Below are positions 60,338 through 64,000 of a stretch of 64,000 nt of DNA, piece after piece (the first letter of the stretch is position 1; each line of letters opens with the position of its first letter). The translations under genes and the position numbers were made by a program. A model generated the notes under the pieces. That model made no database searches. It had not been told where the DNA came from and worked only from the letters and a program-made list of their open reading frames with translations. Origin of the DNA: Podarcis muralis (lineage: Eukaryota); NCBI RefSeq assembly GCF_964188315.1, contig NC_135656.1:123628001-123692000 (forward strand). Reading direction: 5' to 3'.

Positions 60338-62032
60338 ATGGAGATACCGCTTAAAGGTATGGATTGTGGCAAGGACATCTGTGGGAGTGGAACTCCTACA
60401 AAACATCAAGGAACTCACACAGGGGAAAAACCATTTAAATGCATGGAGTGTGGAACATGCTTCCGTCATGGACAATCGCTAAGAAGGCATCAATATACTC
60501 ATACAGGGGAGAAACCATATAAATGTTTTGAGTGTGGAAAATGCTTCACACAGAGTGGAAACCTCTATATACATATGCGAACTCACACGGGAGAGAAACC
60601 ATTTAAATGTATGGAGTGTGGGAAGAGCTTCCTTTTGAGTAATCAACTTAATGCACATCATCAAACTCACACGGGAGAGAAACGATTCAGATGTATGGAG
60701 TGCGGAAAGAGCTTCTCTCAGAGTGGACAGCTTAAAAGACATCAGCGAAGTCACACAGGGGGAAAACCATTTAAATGCATAGAGTGTGGGAAGTGCTTCA
60801 TCGATAGTGGAACACTTAGAAAACATCAACGAACTCACACAGGGGGGAAACCATTTAAATGCATAGAGTGTGGGAAGTGCTTCAGTCAGAGTGGAATCCT
60901 TAAATACCATCAACGAACTCACACAGGGGAAAAGCCATTTAAATGCACAGAGTGTGGAAAGAGCTTCTCTCGGAGTGGACACCTTAAAAACCATCAACGA
61001 ACTCACACAGGGCAGAAACCATTTGAATGCATGGAGTGTGGAACAAGCTTCCGTCATAGAGAATCACTAATAATGCATCAATGTACTCATACAGGGGGAA
61101 AACCATATAAATGTTTTGAGCGTGGAAAGAGCTTCCTTTTGAGTAATCACCTTAATGCCCATCATCAAACTCACACTGGAGAGAAACCATTCAGATGTAT
61201 GGAGTGCGGAAAGAGCTTCTCTCGGAGAGGACAGCTTAAAAAACATCAGCGAACTCACACAGGGGGAAAACCATTTAAATGCATAGAGTGTGGAAAGAGC
61301 TTCAGTCGGAGTGGAAACCTTAGAAAACATCAATGGACTCACACAGGGGAGGAACCATTTAAATGCATAGAGTGTGGAAAGAGCTTCACAGAGAGTGGAA
61401 TCCTTAAAAAGCATCAACAAACTCACACAGGGGAAAAGCCATTTAAATGCATGGAGTGTGGAAAGAGCTTCAGTCAGCGTGGAAACCTTAAATACCATCA
61501 ACGAACTCACACAGGGGAAAAACCATTTAAATGCATAGAGTGTGGAAAGAGCTTCAGTCAGAGTGGATACCTTAAATACCATCAACGAACTCACACAGGG
61601 GAAAAACCATTTAAATGCATAGAGTGTGGAAAGAGCTTCTCTTTGAGTGGACACCTGAAAAACCATCAACAAACTCACACAGGGCAGAAACCATTTAAAT
61701 GCATGGATTGTGGGAGAAGCTTCACTAGAAGTGGAACGCTTAGAAGACATCAACGAATTCACACAGGGCAGAAACCGTTTGAATGCATGGAGTGTGGAAA
61801 ATACTTCCGTCATACACATTCGCTAAGAATGCATCAATTTTCTCATACAGGAGAGAAACCATATAAATGCATGGAGTGTGGAAAATGCTTCGGTCAGAGT
61901 TCGAGCCTTAATGCACATCTACAAATTCACACAAGGGAGAAACCTTTTAAATGCATGGATTGTGGGGGAAGCTTCACTAGAAGTGGAACGCTTAGAAGAC
62001 ATCAGCAAACTCACAGGGGAAAAACAATTTAA
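60338..62032 (+). CDS. C2H2 zinc-finger protein, 564 aa, 19 tandem fingers (finger 9 degenerate)
   Basis: 28-aa CxxC-x12-HxxxH repeats with TGEKP linkers; ATG in a strong context (aacaATGG); AATAAA at 62051. No KRAB exon recognised in the window. Confidence 0.9.
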   Translation: MEIPLKGMDCGKDICGSGTPTKHQGTHTGEKPFKCMECGTCFRHGQSLRRHQYTHTGEKPYKCFECGKCFTQSGNLYIHMRTHTGEKPFKCMECGKSFLLSNQLNAHHQTHTGEKRFRCMECGKSFSQSGQLKRHQRSHTGGKPFKCIECGKCFIDSGTLRKHQRTHTGGKPFKCIECGKCFSQSGILKYHQRTHTGEKPFKCTECGKSFSRSGHLKNHQRTHTGQKPFECMECGTSFRHRESLIMHQCTHTGGKPYKCFERGKSFLLSNHLNAHHQTHTGEKPFRCMECGKSFSRRGQLKKHQRTHTGGKPFKCIECGKSFSRSGNLRKHQWTHTGEEPFKCIECGKSFTESGILKKHQQTHTGEKPFKCMECGKSFSQRGNLKYHQRTHTGEKPFKCIECGKSFSQSGYLKYHQRTHTGEKPFKCIECGKSFSLSGHLKNHQQTHTGQKPFKCMDCGRSFTRSGTLRRHQRIHTGQKPFECMECGKYFRHTHSLRMHQFSHTGEKPYKCMECGKCFGQSSSLNAHLQIHTREKPFKCMDCGGSFTRSGTLRRHQQTHRGKTI

Positions 62033-62059
62033 ATGTATGTTTGGTTGCAGAATAAATCC

Positions 62060-62265
62060 AGGCATATCTGGAGGATATGGACCATTTGGACTGCATTTCT
62101 TCCAGTTGAGTGTCAGGCCCTGCCATCAGACTGAGACCGCCTTGTTGGCACTGGTTGATTATCTCTGGCAGGTGAGGGACAAAGGTAAAAGCTGTTTCCT
62201 GGTTCTGCTGGATCTCTCAGTTTCTTTTAATGCCATTGACCACGGTATCCGGTTACCGATTTGTG
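62060..62265 (+). mobile_element. L2/CR1-clade RT fragment
   Basis: RPCHQTETALLALVD...LVLLDLSVSFNAIDHGI. Confidence 0.8.
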
Positions 62266-62659
62266 TTAAAAATATATACCTTACCCAATTCGTTGAGAGT
62301 AAAGCTTTACTGGTCAGGTTGGCAATCGTTGAACCACGAGTATTATTTACAAACTCCTCCAGTCATCGTGTGCACAAAGTCCCCACACCTCTCACCTCTC
62401 GGCTTGACCTCTCAGAAGTCAAGATAGAGTGATCTGAATTAACCCAGAAAGCGCCACCTCATTTTCCCAATGCCACCTCTGCTTTGTGAAATACATTCCC
62501 AATAAAATGACACTGTAAATATTAACATATCCTCATGGACGGTCTAGGAGGGTTGGGAGTTAGGGGCAGGGTAATGCAGTGGTTCCACTCCTTTCTCCTA
62601 GGCCGTGCGCAGAAAGTGGTGTTGGGGGTTGAGCATTTCAGAGCTTTGTAAAAAAAACT

Positions 62660-64000
62660 TCCGGGTTGGCACTTCCGGCAATGGTGGAGCTCCTCCGATC
62701 GGGAGGAACTTGCTCCGTGAAAAGCAGGGTCTGACCGCCATGGCGAAGGCGGAGACCCTTTGAAATCACAAGCGGGAGAAGCTTGTGAAGCTGGGATTCA
62801 GCTGGCACCTTTTGCACCTCCCCTACTCGCAGGGAAACCCTGTTTTGGGGATCCGGAGCGACGTGGGGTGAGTGGCGCGGTGCTTCGAATTGACTGCTTC
62901 TTTCACGGAGTGAAGCCGCATTGCTGTTGCCGGAGAGCGCTGACTTTTTCCTGTGGACAATTGGACTTTAAACAACTACCCGTGAGTAGAACGGAAAATT
63001 GGATCCTTAAATACCTTAATTTGGCACCGAAACAGGAAGGTCTTAAACAGGAAGTCCGCCTTCCTCTTTTGTAAATAGATTGAAGCAAAGACGTTACAAG
63101 CTAAAGTCTTGGAAAGCCTTTGGCAAAGGATTAAATTTCCATCGGTTAAAATTACAAAACCCCCCTTGGAAGCAGGAGAAGAGGGGGGAAATTTTGGACC
63201 TAGCGAGCCTGCAGGAGAGAGTGAAAAATCAAATTACCACTGCTCTGAACCTGGAACCTGGAAATGGGCTGCCAGAAAGAGTAATGTTTTGGGAGAGTGC
63301 ATTGACTGCGAACAGAACATATTTGACAGCTAGTTAAATAAGAGAAAGATACTGTTTCCATTGTCCTCTTCTGCGTTTAAAAAGGAGGAAAAGTAACTGA
63401 AAATTGAAACTATCTTTATGGCTTGAGTTGTGTTTGAAAGGATTGATACAAGTGGAGATTGTTTCCCTCTAGACGGAGCTTTTGAAACTGTTACAGGAGT
63501 GTAACTGGGGAATCTCCAGCTGCAAGATAAGAAATTGTGAGAACCAGAGATTGACCTTGGACCATTTAAAAATGTTGACAGGAGAAGCCATAGTGACTGT
63601 ATTATGCAAGATAAGCTATTCGCTGGAACAGCTTCATAAGAAGACGGATGACATGGCTTTTAAAATTGACAACTTGGGACAAAAAGCTACTAATTTGAGA
63701 CAAAAAGTGAGCACCAATACAGAAAGTGTTCAGGAATTGGTTCAGGAATCTACTTTGGCAGGACAAATTGTGGAGGAGAAGGAGAAAGCTGTTGTTGTTG
63801 AGCCTAAAGTAATACAAGTGGGATCTTCAGTCTTACAGAAGAAAATTGAGGACTACAAGTTGAGGCCTTCTATGATCGAATCTAGAAAAAGTCAGATTCT
63901 GAGGATCGGATCCCGGCCTGGACTGAATAAGGAAAGTTGGAAAGATCCCTCTATGCAGGGATTAACTGACTTCTGGGACATGGACTTGGGTCTGGAGGAG
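62660..64000 (+). mobile_element. L1-related element, second copy of the 26193 family (runs off the window)
   Basis: 5' region homologous to 26193-27060; ORF from ATG 63572 open to the window end and homologous to ORF 27068. Confidence 0.72.

Noticed and set aside
60479-61819. Long antisense ORFs with 28-aa periodicity
   Set aside because: Shadow frames of the zinc-finger repeat.
1-64000. CRISPR arrays, rRNA or tRNA genes, prokaryotic operons
   Set aside because: None seen; tRNA-like sequence is limited to SINE heads and the PBS.

Overview
Vertebrate genomic DNA, most likely a squamate lizard (Sauria SINE, BovB, CR1, Penelope-like and L1-clade repeats); it is not prokaryotic. About 1-48 kb is a tandem + strand cluster of four vomeronasal type-2 receptor (V2R, class C GPCR) paralogs. 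Copy 1 is partial (exons 3-6 in window), copies 2 and 4 are intact 6-exon genes of 848 aa, and copy 3 is a pseudogene (exons 1-3 only, nonsense codon). Introns are packed with TEs. At 48.7-56.9 kb is a three-level nest: an old retroviral env, split by a DNA MITE, split by a 6.4-kb class I (ERV3/HERV-R-like) provirus. The provirus has apparently identical 1158-bp LTRs but a deleted, frameshifted interior. A CpG island, a 19-finger C2H2 zinc-finger ORF and an L1-related element follow. Best leads: the young non-autonomous ERV with intact splice signals, a small transmembrane ORF overlapping env and an anchorless Env ORF; a duplicated exon-4 acceptor that could give a soluble V2R isoform; and hammerhead-like motifs in a V2R intron. 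All alignments were done by eye; no database searches were run, so family assignments are from motif recognition.
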